Notes: generated by a model not told the origin, from the letters alone. Shown: positions 1-10,283, counted from the first letter of the stretch. The stretch is 61,308 nucleotides of DNA from Promethearchaeota archaeon (GCA_016839705.1 JAEOTR010000003.1:1-61308), one strand, 5' to 3'. Numbers and translations: made by a program.

Positions 1-43
1 ATAATAAATAAATTACTCACAAAAAAGTTGGAGGTAAAATATC

Positions 44-142
44 ATGAAAAAATCAAAAAGTTATGAAGAACTAGAATATGTAAAAAGCAACACCTATTCG
101 AAGTTAATGTTTGGGGGTTTACCAATTTATATTAACATATAA
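44..142 (+). CDS. Putative 32-aa micro-ORF (MKKSKSYEELEYVKSNTYSKLMFGGLPIYINI)
   Basis: ATG at 44 with GGAGGT at SD spacing upstream; open to TAA at 140-142; below the ORF-track cutoff. Confidence 0.4.
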   Translation: MKKSKSYEELEYVKSNTYSKLMFGGLPIYINI

Positions 143-192
143 TTAGTTAAAATAATCTTATTAAATAAAAATTAAATAAAGAGGTTCAAAAA

Positions 193-312
193 ATGAATCA
201 AGTATATGATGAAAAGCTACTAGAGAATTTAAATCCAAGATATTTTGAAGAAATTATTAGTCTTGAAAAAGTAAAAAACAAGGTATATTTTTTAGGAGGT
301 ATAATATCGTGA
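193..312 (+). CDS. Putative 39-aa micro-ORF (MNQVYDEKLLENLNPRYFEEIISLEKVKNKVYFLGGIIS)
   Basis: GAGGT SD at 181-185, ATG at 193; TGA stop overlaps the GTG start of the next gene (GTGA). Confidence 0.45.
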   Translation: MNQVYDEKLLENLNPRYFEEIISLEKVKNKVYFLGGIIS

Positions 313-1028
313 GAATTTCTGGATCAGGAAAGCTTTCGGGAGGAAAAATAGATGAGGAATTACACACATCAGGCTCAACAAGGATAGAGGGAGATTTTGA
401 GTGTAATGGATTTAAATCATCTGGTTCTTTTAGGGGGTCAGGAAATCTAACTGTTCATGGTGATATTAGAAGTTCGGGGTCATTTAGGCTTGAGGGATCC
501 ATTCATGGAGATGGTGATATAGGATCTTCTGGTTCAACTAGAGTGGAAGGAGAGATTTCAATTCAAGGGTATTTTAAAAGTTCAGGCTCATTAAGGGTAG
601 GGGATAATATTAAGGCTCTTGAAGGACTTAATTTTTCAGGTTCCTCAAATATTAGAGGAAATATTATTTCTGAAAGAGGTATCTTAATTTCAGGATCTAC
701 TACAATCTATGGGGATATTAATGGAGTTGTTATAGATATAGGTGTTGGGCGTGTTTTGGGTAGTAGAGGTGCATTTAAACACCCAATTAAAGTATATGGA
801 AATGTTTTTGCTACCAAAAGTGTTAACCTTGTAAAGACATTTGTTGAAGGTGATGTTAAAGGACGAAATGTGATTATTGAGAGGAATACCGAGATCTTAG
901 GGAGGGTTTATTATGTTGATACTATTGAAATTAACGAGAAATCCATATTAAATCATGATCCTATTCAAATATCTGCAGAAGAGTTAGATAGCTCTGAAAA
1001 TGTCAATAAACAAGATATAAAATATTAA
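309..1028 (+). CDS. Polymer-forming cytoskeletal (bactofilin-like) beta-helix protein
   Basis: Repeated ~17-18 aa SSGSxRxxGxIxxxGD units typical of long bactofilin-type beta-solenoids; AGGAGGT SD. Confidence 0.7.
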   Translation: MRISGSGKLSGGKIDEELHTSGSTRIEGDFECNGFKSSGSFRGSGNLTVHGDIRSSGSFRLEGSIHGDGDIGSSGSTRVEGEISIQGYFKSSGSLRVGDNIKALEGLNFSGSSNIRGNIISERGILISGSTTIYGDINGVVIDIGVGRVLGSRGAFKHPIKVYGNVFATKSVNLVKTFVEGDVKGRNVIIERNTEILGRVYYVDTIEINEKSILNHDPIQISAEELDSSENVNKQDIKY

Positions 1029-1057
1029 AATTTCAAAATGAAAATGGAGGATTAAAC

Positions 1058-1957
1058 ATGTCAAATGATAAAGAAATAGATGATAAAGAAGAGAGAGATG
1101 AAGAATTAGGGAATGTCAAATGGGAGAAAAGTAGTATTCGCGATAAACTTATGGGCGACCTAGAGGATATTCGCGAGGATTTAAAGGATGAAATTGAGGA
1201 TTTAGCAGAAGAAGCTGACGATATTAAAGAAGATTTAAAAGATGAATTAAAAGATTTTATGGAAGAACGGAGTTCTTTACTTGAAGAACTTGAAGATATT
1301 AAGGAAGGGTTAGAGCTTCATGGGGATGGTGCGAAAGAACAAATTACAAAAGCAGAAGAGAATATAGAACGTCTTAAAAACAAAATTAAAGAACAAGAGA
1401 CAAAGTTTGATAAAAAAGTTAGAAAAAGAGTAGAAAAAGCGGTAAAGAGAATAAATATATCAGTAGATCCTGAGATGAGTGAGGAATGGAAGGATTGGGC
1501 TGAAGATTTAGGTGCTTCAGTGTCAGAACTGGTAAGAAAATCAATGAAATTTGTTAAAAATAATATTGGTGATCTTGCGAAATTAGAAGAATTGGGGAAA
1601 AAAATGGAGAAAGTAGGTCTAAATATTGAAAAAGCTGTTAAAGAGTCAGATATAAAAGAATTTGGGCAACGACTTGAGAAAAAATTGGGGAAGAAGAAGA
1701 TCAAAGTACAATTTTCAGAATCAACCGATAAAGAACGAATAAGGAAGCGAATTCAAGGATTGATAAAGCTTCAAAAATCAATCCCAATTGAAAAGCTTTC
1801 TCAAACGCTGAATATCGCTTATGAAGAAGCTGAAAACTTAATCTATGAGTTAGCAGCCGAGGGAATTGAAGGTGAGTTGGAGGAGGGGGTGTTTAAATTT
1901 ACAAGTGCTTCTGAAGAAGTCCTAACTAAACTCTTTGAATTAATTGATAAAACGTAA
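1058..1957 (+). CDS. Acidic coiled-coil protein with central ribbon-helix-helix and C-terminal winged-helix (PCI-like) domain
   Basis: GGAGG SD; DLEDIREDLKDE-type repeats; RINISVDPEMSEEWKDWAEDLGASVSELVRKSM fits RHH; C-terminal IPIEKLSQTLNIAYEEAENLIYEL fits wHTH. Confidence 0.6.
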   Translation: MSNDKEIDDKEERDEELGNVKWEKSSIRDKLMGDLEDIREDLKDEIEDLAEEADDIKEDLKDELKDFMEERSSLLEELEDIKEGLELHGDGAKEQITKAEENIERLKNKIKEQETKFDKKVRKRVEKAVKRINISVDPEMSEEWKDWAEDLGASVSELVRKSMKFVKNNIGDLAKLEELGKKMEKVGLNIEKAVKESDIKEFGQRLEKKLGKKKIKVQFSESTDKERIRKRIQGLIKLQKSIPIEKLSQTLNIAYEEAENLIYELAAEGIEGELEEGVFKFTSASEEVLTKLFELIDKT

Positions 1958-2001
1958 AACTACAAAATAGAAAAACAAAAAGAATGGTGAATGGTGGATA
2001 T

Positions 2002-3111
2002 ATGTATAATAAAAATTATGAAAAGCTTGCCAAGATAGTAGTTGATTACTCACTTGGGATAAAGAAGGGAGGTAAGGTTGCAATCACTGGACCTTCTTTA
2101 GCAAAAGATCTATTTCAAGCTTTAAATGTAGAGATAATTAAAGCAGGTGCTCATCTTTTATATCTTCCAAAATTAGAAGGAATGAGGGAAATATTTTTTA
2201 AACATGCCTCCGATGAGCAGTTATCATTTGTTGATGATGGTGAGAAGGTTGTTTTCAAAGAATTTGATCATCTAATTCAAATTCGAGCAGACTACAACAC
2301 CCGTAAATATAGTGGTGTTGATCCTGAGAAGATGGCAAAGTTTACTGCGGCACCGGAAAGAGTAAAATTAATAGAGATCTTTGAGAATCGGGTTGCTAAG
2401 GGGGAGATGAATTGGGTTATTGTACCTTTTCCCTACCATGCTAATGCTCAAGAAGCAAACATGGATCTCTTTTCATATTCGGATTTTGTGTTTAAAAGTC
2501 TATACTTAGATAAAGAGAATCCTATTGAAGAATGGCAGAAAATGAGAAGAGATCAAGAAAAGATTGTTGATTATCTGAATAATGTTGAGAAAATTCAGGT
2601 TATTGGGGAGGACACAGATTTAACATTAAATGTTAAGGGACGAAAGTGGATAAATTGCTGTGGTCAGGATAATTTACCTGATGGAGAAATCTTTACAAGT
2701 CCGATTGAAGATTCTGCTAATGGGCATATTAGATTTACATATCCAGGAATATATTACGGGAGAGAGATTGAGGATATATATTTAGAATTTAAAGAAGGAG
2801 AGGTAGTTTCCTTGACAGCAGAAAAAGGCGAATCTCTTCTCAAAGAACTAATAAAAATCGATAACGCCAATAAAATAGGAGAATTTGCAATTGGTACAAA
2901 TTATGGGATTACTAAATTTACTAAAAACATGTTATTTGATGAAAAACTCGGTGGAACTCTACATCTTGCGTTAGGGCTTGGTTTTGAAGAATGTGGTTCA
3001 ACTAATAAATCTACAATTCATTGGGATATCCTTAAGGATATGAAAGTGCCAGGTTCAAAAATAATAGCTGATAATACTGTAATTTATGAAGATGGGAAAT
3101 GGAAAATTTAA
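2002..3111 (+). CDS. Aminopeptidase, M29 family (AmpS/AmpT-like)
   Basis: NLPDGEIFTSP, IGEFAIGTN, LFDEKLGGTLHLALG and HWD motifs; start moved from 1984 to the ATG at 2002 after GGTGGA. Confidence 0.9.
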   Translation: MYNKNYEKLAKIVVDYSLGIKKGGKVAITGPSLAKDLFQALNVEIIKAGAHLLYLPKLEGMREIFFKHASDEQLSFVDDGEKVVFKEFDHLIQIRADYNTRKYSGVDPEKMAKFTAAPERVKLIEIFENRVAKGEMNWVIVPFPYHANAQEANMDLFSYSDFVFKSLYLDKENPIEEWQKMRRDQEKIVDYLNNVEKIQVIGEDTDLTLNVKGRKWINCCGQDNLPDGEIFTSPIEDSANGHIRFTYPGIYYGREIEDIYLEFKEGEVVSLTAEKGESLLKELIKIDNANKIGEFAIGTNYGITKFTKNMLFDEKLGGTLHLALGLGFEECGSTNKSTIHWDILKDMKVPGSKIIADNTVIYEDGKWKI

Positions 3112-3168
3112 TTCTCTAAAATTATGAATTAATAAAATCAAAAATTAGCAAAAAATAGGGGATACTGA

Positions 3169-4458
3169 ATGGAAGAATTAGCAAATATAACAACCTACAA
3201 AAATTATTTATTTTTTTGGGTCGGGCAATTATTTTCCTTACTTGGTTCATCAGTGGTATTTTTTGCTATAACTTGGTGGATTGCAGATTTCTATGTTAGT
3301 GCGGTTTTACTTTCTATTGCAACATTTTTATCTGTACTAATGATGACATTGTTTATGCCTATCGCTGGGGTCATTGCCGATAAGGTTAATAAGAAGAAAC
3401 TAATTTTGATTGCAGATTCATCCCAGGCATTTGTAACATTTTTACTGATAATCTTTTTTCAGTTTGGAATAGCAAACATATGGGTTGTGTTCTTTTTTAT
3501 CAGTCTACGAAGCGTATTTCAGGCGTTTCATGTACCCACTGTAAATTCAATCATTCCGACCATGGTACCTAAAGATAAATTAACAAGGATTAATGGGGTC
3601 AATTTTTTATTTACAGGGGTAGTTCAATTACTCGCGCCCTTTATTGGGGCTTTGTTATTGGTGTTTTTATCAATGTATATGATACTTTGGGTAGATATCA
3701 TTACATTCTTTATTGCGTTGATACCATTATTGCTAATTACAATCCCCTCAGTAAAACAATTGAATCATTCTAAAGATGATATTAAAAAGAGGACCTTTTT
3801 AAAAGATTTTAAGATCGGGCTTAAAACCTTGAAATTAGTTCCAGGATTAATTATTATGATAATCTTATCGATGTTGTTAAACTTTTTACTAACTCCTGCA
3901 AACGCTCTCATGCCATTATTCATTAAAATTAATCATGGAGGTGGGGCTGGACATTTAGCCCTTGTTGAGATGACTCTTACTGGAGGAATGATTGCCGGAG
4001 CTATTCTAACATCAGTAAAGAAGAATTGGAATAACAAAATTCGGACTATTTTTATTAGCATAATAGTTGCATTGATTGGATATACAATATTTGCCTTAGC
4101 TCCTTCAGGGTTATTTCTCATGATGGGAATAGGCGGTGTAATCTTAGGCTTTAATTTACCAATTATAAACTCTCTTTATCAAACATTTTTACAGTTAACA
4201 GTACCTGCGGATAAAATGGGAAGGGTATCTTCAATAGATCACACCTTTTCCTCAGCAATATCGCCCATTGGTTCATTAATATCAGGACCTATCGCAGTCT
4301 TAATAGGAATTCAAGCTCTGTTTTTCTATTGTGGAATAACGGGAGTGATATTTACAGTCGTCTTTTGGTGTTTTACAGGAATTAGGAAAGTAGATATTGA
4401 TAGTAAAAGTGAACTCGAGAGAATCAATAATCAAATAGAGAATTTAATAATAGAATAA
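3169..4458 (+). CDS. MFS transporter (MefA/DHA3-like), copy 1
   Basis: About 12 TM; FWVGQLFSLLGS, GVIADK and MGRVSS motifs. Confidence 0.9.
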   Translation: MEELANITTYKNYLFFWVGQLFSLLGSSVVFFAITWWIADFYVSAVLLSIATFLSVLMMTLFMPIAGVIADKVNKKKLILIADSSQAFVTFLLIIFFQFGIANIWVVFFFISLRSVFQAFHVPTVNSIIPTMVPKDKLTRINGVNFLFTGVVQLLAPFIGALLLVFLSMYMILWVDIITFFIALIPLLLITIPSVKQLNHSKDDIKKRTFLKDFKIGLKTLKLVPGLIIMIILSMLLNFLLTPANALMPLFIKINHGGGAGHLALVEMTLTGGMIAGAILTSVKKNWNNKIRTIFISIIVALIGYTIFALAPSGLFLMMGIGGVILGFNLPIINSLYQTFLQLTVPADKMGRVSSIDHTFSSAISPIGSLISGPIAVLIGIQALFFYCGITGVIFTVVFWCFTGIRKVDIDSKSELERINNQIENLIIE

Positions 4459-4587
4459 TTAGAAGAAATAGAGCTTAATGTGGGAGAGGTAGATCCCCAA
4501 AAAGAAACCGAAAAGTTTGATTAAAATAAATTATTTAAATAAAATGTAGAAATAAATAAAGAAAATTAGGAAATTAGGGGATATAAT

Positions 4588-5868
4588 ATGGAAGAATTAG
4601 CAGATCAAGGAACATTTAAGAGTTATTTATTTTTCTGGTCGGGACAATTAATGTCTCTGATGGGATCATTAATAGTTCAATTTGCTATTACGTGGTGGAT
4701 TACAGTGGTAACAGGTAGTGCACTCTACCTTTCTTTAGGCACCTTTTTATATTTTTTACCTATGGTTTTTCTTACGCCCATTACAGGAGTTTTAGCAGAC
4801 AGATGGGATCGTAAAAAGCTTATTGCATTCGTAGATTCTTTTCAATCATTAGTAACCGTTTGGATTATCGTCTTGTTTTATTTAGGAATAGCAGATCCTT
4901 TAGGAGTAATATTGATAAATAGTTTAAGAGGTGTATTTCAAGCATTTCATATGCCTGCGGTAAGTGCTGTTGTTCCAACAATGGTACCAAAAGAAAAATT
5001 AAGTAGGATTAATGGGGTTGGTTATCTTTTTACAAGTTTAATACAACTTATCGGGCCGGTTATTGGTGCAGTGCTTATAGCATTTATTTCACTGCAATTC
5101 ATTCTTTGGTTAGATGTTATCACTTTTTCTATTGCGATTATACCTTTATTGTTGATTAAAATACCAAATGTAAAAAACATAACTGAAATAAGTGAACAAA
5201 CGAGAACAACATCATTTAAGAAAGATTTCAAGGAGGGAATTACAACAATAAGAATAATCCCAGGATTGGTGATACTTTTATTATTAGATATGATCCTAAA
5301 TTTCTTAGTTGCTCCTGTTAATGTATTACTACCTCTTTTTATAAAAGATGTTCATTTAGGAACAGCTTTAGATTTGGCATTTCTTAGCATGTTTCTAAAT
5401 GGGGGTATGATCTTAGGAGCATTAATAACTAGTTTAAAGAAGGATTGGAAACACAAGAATTCTATATATTTTATAGGTTTGATGATTCTCATGGGATTAC
5501 TCTCGATTTTAGGAATTGCCCCAACAGGAGTCTTTGTAGTATTGTGGATAGGAATAGGAATGGTAGGTCTTGTTCTCCCAATTATAAATACAATTTATAT
5601 GACCATCATACAAACTACTGTTCCTCCCGATAAAATGGGAAGAGTGTCATCCGTCATTCAATCATTATCCTCGGCCATTTTTCCAATAGGAATAATTATC
5701 GCAGGACCTCTTGCTGAAGCAATTGGAATTCGAAGTGTATTTATTTATGGATCACTTATCGGAGTATTAGCTGTATTCATGATATGGCGCTTTACAAAAA
5801 TTCGCCATGTTAATTATGATAATGTTGATCTTATCCTCGAAAAAATCAATAACATAAATGGAAAATGA
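4588..5868 (+). CDS. MFS transporter (MefA/DHA3-like), copy 2
   Basis: FWSGQLMSLMGS, GVLADRWDRK, MGRVSS; clear paralog of copy 1. Confidence 0.9.
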   Translation: MEELADQGTFKSYLFFWSGQLMSLMGSLIVQFAITWWITVVTGSALYLSLGTFLYFLPMVFLTPITGVLADRWDRKKLIAFVDSFQSLVTVWIIVLFYLGIADPLGVILINSLRGVFQAFHMPAVSAVVPTMVPKEKLSRINGVGYLFTSLIQLIGPVIGAVLIAFISLQFILWLDVITFSIAIIPLLLIKIPNVKNITEISEQTRTTSFKKDFKEGITTIRIIPGLVILLLLDMILNFLVAPVNVLLPLFIKDVHLGTALDLAFLSMFLNGGMILGALITSLKKDWKHKNSIYFIGLMILMGLLSILGIAPTGVFVVLWIGIGMVGLVLPIINTIYMTIIQTTVPPDKMGRVSSVIQSLSSAIFPIGIIIAGPLAEAIGIRSVFIYGSLIGVLAVFMIWRFTKIRHVNYDNVDLILEKINNINGK

Positions 5869-5895
5869 ATATCAAACAACAAAGGTGAAAAAATA

Positions 5896-5963
5896 ATGGA
5901 AGAAGTAGCAAATAAAAAAACTTGTTTTTCTGGTCAGGTTAGTTGTTTTCATTATTTGGATCA
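5896..5963 (+). pseudogene. 5' relic of a fifth MFS copy
   Basis: AGGTGA SD, then MEEVANKKT, a frameshifting deletion, then LFFWSG*LFSLFGS; matches the N-termini of the neighbours, with TAG at the conserved Gln. Confidence 0.75.
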
Positions 5964-6113
5964 AAGAGTAGAAAATAACAAAATTTATTTTATTTTTTTA
6001 ATGGTCTTTGTTAATAATTTGATTTTAGGTTTCTCAAATTTCTAAAGGATACAAACCAAAATTAAAAATTCAATTTGTTTGCAAATATTTTTTACTTAAT
6101 GAGTTTGATGTAA

Positions 6114-7379
6114 TTGGAAGAAAGAACTAAAAAAAAAACTTTTCGAAGTTATATGTATTTTTGGTTTGGGCAATTGTTCTCTTTATTAGGCTCATTAGTA
6201 GTCTTTTTTGTTATATTTGTGTGGATTGCTGACGAAACAAGAAGCCCATTAATGTTATCCTTAGCGAGTTTCATTAATCTTGTTCCTCTACTTATCATTA
6301 CACCATTTGCTGGAGTTATCTCAGACAGGCTCAATCGGAAGATTATAATCTTAGTTGTGGATTCATTGCAAGCATATCTGACAATTATTCTAACAATATT
6401 TTTCATCTTGGATTCCGCAGAAATTTGGATCGTGTTTATATTCCTAGGATTTCGAAGCATATGTCAAGCCTTTCATAATCCAACTGTTATGGCTATATTG
6501 CCATCTATGGTTCCACAAGATAAGTTAGGGAGAGTCAATGGTATCAGATACTTATTTTTAGGTATTATACAATTTATAGGTCCTGCAGTAGGGGCAACCT
6601 TATTATTTTTTGTTGAAATAAAATACATTCTCTGGATAGATGTAATTACTTTTATGATTGCACTGGTTCCTCTCATAACTTTAAAATTACCTCAACTTCA
6701 AATTAGCGATGATCTTGGTCAACAAAATTCATTTGTGAAAGATTTTAGAGAAGGAATTAGGGTAATGAAAAATGTTCCTGGACTTCTAATAATTATGCTG
6801 ATTGCGATGTTATTATCTATGTTGACACAACCTTTAATGGTTCTATCCACATTTTATATAAAGTATATACATGGTGGTAATAATTTTACATTAGCAATCA
6901 TTCAAATGGTATGGCAGGGAGGAATGATTTTAGGAGCATTAATTCCTTTTTTTAAAAAACAATGGAAAAATAAGATGAGAATTTTATTTACCGGAATGAT
7001 TGTAATAAATGTTGGTTATATAATGCATGCAGTTGCTCCAATTGGATTCTTTCCTCTGATAGGTACGGGAGCATTTATAATGGGATTCATTATGCCTGTT
7101 GTGAATATAATTGTGATAACAGTAGTTCAAACTACTGTTCCTCATGAAAAAATGGGGAGAGTTTCTTCTATTTTAAATACATTAATGATGATTGGTTCAC
7201 CTTTAGGAGCTATTTTAGCAGGGACATTAAGTGAGGTAATAGGTGTATCATTTCTATATCTACTATGCGCGATTATAGGAATCATTATTACTATTATCCC
7301 CTATTATTTCACGGATATCAGACATGTTAATTATGATAGAGAAATTGGGGCTTCTAATTCTTTAGTAAGCAAAATCTAA
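6114..7379 (+). CDS. MFS transporter (MefA/DHA3-like), copy 3
   Basis: TTG start; FWFGQLFSLLGS, GVISDRLNRK, MGRVSS. Confidence 0.9.
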   Translation: MEERTKKKTFRSYMYFWFGQLFSLLGSLVVFFVIFVWIADETRSPLMLSLASFINLVPLLIITPFAGVISDRLNRKIIILVVDSLQAYLTIILTIFFILDSAEIWIVFIFLGFRSICQAFHNPTVMAILPSMVPQDKLGRVNGIRYLFLGIIQFIGPAVGATLLFFVEIKYILWIDVITFMIALVPLITLKLPQLQISDDLGQQNSFVKDFREGIRVMKNVPGLLIIMLIAMLLSMLTQPLMVLSTFYIKYIHGGNNFTLAIIQMVWQGGMILGALIPFFKKQWKNKMRILFTGMIVINVGYIMHAVAPIGFFPLIGTGAFIMGFIMPVVNIIVITVVQTTVPHEKMGRVSSILNTLMMIGSPLGAILAGTLSEVIGVSFLYLLCAIIGIIITIIPYYFTDIRHVNYDREIGASNSLVSKI

Positions 7380-7441
7380 AACTTCTTTTAATTAATATCA
7401 TTTTCAAAATCATCAATTTGATTGGATTTTGGAGATAAAAT

Positions 7442-8728
7442 GTGGAAATTACAATATCAAAGAAAAGTTACCACCAATATCTTTTTATTTGGGCAGGACA
7501 ATTAATCTCTCTTTTTGGATCTTCTGTTGTTGGATTTGCCTTAATATGGTGGATGACTATAATGACAGGGAGTGCGATGTTCCTTGCGACTAATTCATTT
7601 ATATCTATATTAGTATCAACTATATGTATGCCTATTGCGGGAGTCTTTTCAGATAGGTACAATAGGAAAGTTCTCATTATTCTCTATGATTCATTACTAG
7701 CATTTTCAACAATCATAGTAATAATTTTATTTCAATTTAATCTTATGACTGTTTGGGTTTTGTTATTATTTATGGGCATAAATAGCATATTCCATTCTTT
7801 TCATATGCCTACTTTTAGCGCGATTGTTCCCTCTATGGTTCCCCCGGAAAAATTAATGCGTATTAATTCGATAAGTTTTTTCTTTGTTGGATCCATCCAA
7901 GTTTTCGCTCAATTTATAGCTTCAATACTCTGGCTATTCTTCCCAATCCATATTATTCTTTGGCTGGACTTCATAACTTATGTGATTGCACTGATACCAA
8001 TATTGATAATAAAAATACCTGCGGTGAATTATAAACTCAGTTCAGCTACAGAAGCGCTGAAAAAGCCCTCGTTTTTCAGAGAGTTTAAAACAGGAGTAAA
8101 AACATTGAAATTAATACCTGGACTCACAATTATTATAATAATGATGATGCTCACTACATTTTTCATGAGCCCCATTAAAGTTTTACTACCCTTATATGTT
8201 TATAATACTCATAGTGGTTCAGCGGGTCATTTTGCCTTAACTTTAATATTTTTTCAGGGTGGAATGATTTTGGGGGCTTTAATCCCCTTTTTAAAGAAAC
8301 AGTGGGCTCATAAAGCAAGAGTTATTTTTGTTTGTCTCGGAATTACAATGATTGGATATATAATACTTGCTTTAGCCCCAAGAGGGTCATACTTGATAAT
8401 TGCAATAGGTGCTGGAACGATGGGTTTATCTTTCCCAGTTATCAGTACTTTATCAACAACTTATATTCAAACAGTAGTCCCTCCAGAAAAAATGGGGAGA
8501 ATTATGTCTATTAGTCAAACAATTACAACATTGATACTCCCACTTGGTACGATACTTTCAGGTCCATTAGCGGAGATTATAGGAATTCCATTACTATTCT
8601 TCTATTCTGCAGAGTTGGGATTAATTATCGCTATTTCACTTTGGACTTTAACAAATATTCGAAAATTAGATTATGGCAATTCGGAAAAAATTGAAAAAAT
8701 AGAAGAAAAAATTCTAAAAATAAAGTAG
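7442..8728 (+). CDS. MFS transporter (MefA/DHA3-like), copy 4
   Basis: GTG start; WAGQLISLFGS, GVFSDRYNRK, MGRIMS. Confidence 0.9.
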   Translation: MEITISKKSYHQYLFIWAGQLISLFGSSVVGFALIWWMTIMTGSAMFLATNSFISILVSTICMPIAGVFSDRYNRKVLIILYDSLLAFSTIIVIILFQFNLMTVWVLLLFMGINSIFHSFHMPTFSAIVPSMVPPEKLMRINSISFFFVGSIQVFAQFIASILWLFFPIHIILWLDFITYVIALIPILIIKIPAVNYKLSSATEALKKPSFFREFKTGVKTLKLIPGLTIIIIMMMLTTFFMSPIKVLLPLYVYNTHSGSAGHFALTLIFFQGGMILGALIPFLKKQWAHKARVIFVCLGITMIGYIILALAPRGSYLIIAIGAGTMGLSFPVISTLSTTYIQTVVPPEKMGRIMSISQTITTLILPLGTILSGPLAEIIGIPLLFFYSAELGLIIAISLWTLTNIRKLDYGNSEKIEKIEEKILKIK

Positions 8729-8745
8729 TTGGCTTCTTCTTTTAC

Positions 8746-9573
8746 TCATTTATTTTTATAGTAATTAAGCCAATGGTTTACAGTCATACTTTTCCGACCT
8801 GCATCAGGCTCACCAAAAGTATCTGGAATGCTAATTTTGTCAACAGCAGTATTATCTTTTATAGCATCTCTGATTATATCTCGTAAATCATGATAAAATG
8901 TGATATGTCTATCTAATGTACTCGCTCCTTTCATAGTCGGACCATGCCCGGGTATATAAAAATCAGCATTGATGTCTCGCATTTTCTGTAAAGCATTAAT
9001 TAATAGTTCAGGGTCACATGTAGGATCGCCAGCATAAGGAAAAGTATTCTCGAATATTAAATCTCCTGCGAAAACTACATTCTCATGGGGAAAATTAATA
9101 AAACTTGAACCAGCCGTATGACCTCCAGTATGGAAAATTTCTATATACAGATCATTATCTTGGATTATTAATTTACCATTAAATAGAAGTGTAGGAAGAA
9201 CATACTCGATAGCTTCTCCAATAGGGCCTTCTTTTGCCAAATCCTTTATAAATACTTGATATCTCGATTTAGTTTCTTCATTTAACATAACTTTTGAAGT
9301 TTGTTCGCTACTTAGGATACAGATGTCTTTAAATGCTGCCATGCCAAATATATGATCTCCGTGGTAGTGACTGATTACCAGAAATTTAACCGGCAAACTA
9401 AACTGTTTCTCTAGATTTTGACGCATGATTTCCGAAGTCTTTACGTACATCGTGCTATCAATAGCAACGCAAAAATTTCTTAATGCTAAACCTCCTGCAT
9501 TCCCACGACCTATTCCAGTAGTATTTGCTACTGTTAACTCGGTAATTGATTCTAAATCATAAGTAATGTCCAT
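8746..9573 (-). CDS. Metallo-beta-lactamase fold hydrolase (cyclase-like)
   Basis: SHYHGDH, GHTAGS, FAGDL and IPGHG motifs. Confidence 0.85.
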   Translation of the reverse strand: MDITYDLESITELTVANTTGIGRGNAGGLALRNFCVAIDSTMYVKTSEIMRQNLEKQFSLPVKFLVISHYHGDHIFGMAAFKDICILSSEQTSKVMLNEETKSRYQVFIKDLAKEGPIGEAIEYVLPTLLFNGKLIIQDNDLYIEIFHTGGHTAGSSFINFPHENVVFAGDLIFENTFPYAGDPTCDPELLINALQKMRDINADFYIPGHGPTMKGASTLDRHITFYHDLRDIIRDAIKDNTAVDKISIPDTFGEPDAGRKSMTVNHWLNYYKNK

Positions 9574-9647
9574 ATTAATTCACAATATAAGTTTTAAGAT
9601 AGATAAAGAGCGAATGCCATATATTCTTTCTGCTTAGTTTAAACTCC

Positions 9648-10145
9648 TCATCCTTTTCCCTTAACCCAATTTCTAATATCTTTACTTTTCTTCGGGAAAA
9701 GATCTTTGATTATTGTTAATGCGGTTTCTTTTACCTCTGGATTTTCATCAGAAAGAATACAGCTTTCGAGAATATTGAAAACACTCTCGTTTTTTAACTC
9801 TAAAACTTTGAAAGCCATGATGCTATTTATTCTAACCTCAATCTCCTCACTAATTTCTAAAAAGCGAGCCAAAAGTTCCGTAGCTTCCATCTTATTCATT
9901 TGTTTGGTAGTTACAAACTCGTAAATCTTTGCTACTGATAAATCTTTTTCTATAAAATCTAGAGCATCTTGATAAAGCATTTGAGACTCCTGTAGTGAAT
10001 TTATATTCGTAGATTTCCCTTTTAAATCGAAAGGACATTCATGATTTTCGGGTAATCGGTGGTTACTACAAAAGACCATACCACAGAATTTACATCTGTA
10101 AGGGATATCATCTAACTTAGTTTTACAAAAATAACAATCCGTCAA
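9648..10145 (-). CDS. AN1-type zinc finger protein with C-terminal HEAT-like repeats
   Basis: CYFC...PYRCKFCGMVFCSNHRLPENHEC is the AN1 pattern; C-terminal helical SDENPEVKETAL. Confidence 0.8.
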   Translation of the reverse strand: MTDCYFCKTKLDDIPYRCKFCGMVFCSNHRLPENHECPFDLKGKSTNINSLQESQMLYQDALDFIEKDLSVAKIYEFVTTKQMNKMEATELLARFLEISEEIEVRINSIMAFKVLELKNESVFNILESCILSDENPEVKETALTIIKDLFPKKSKDIRNWVKGKG

Positions 10146-10283
10146 TATTTGGATGGTGATGAATTAGATTTTGTTTTATTCTATTATACTTTAGAATTTT
10201 TTCCATTTAAATCACATTGAAATATAATGATAGTCTCTTTTTTTAATCTTAATAAAAAATAGTTGATCTATATAATTTTTATA

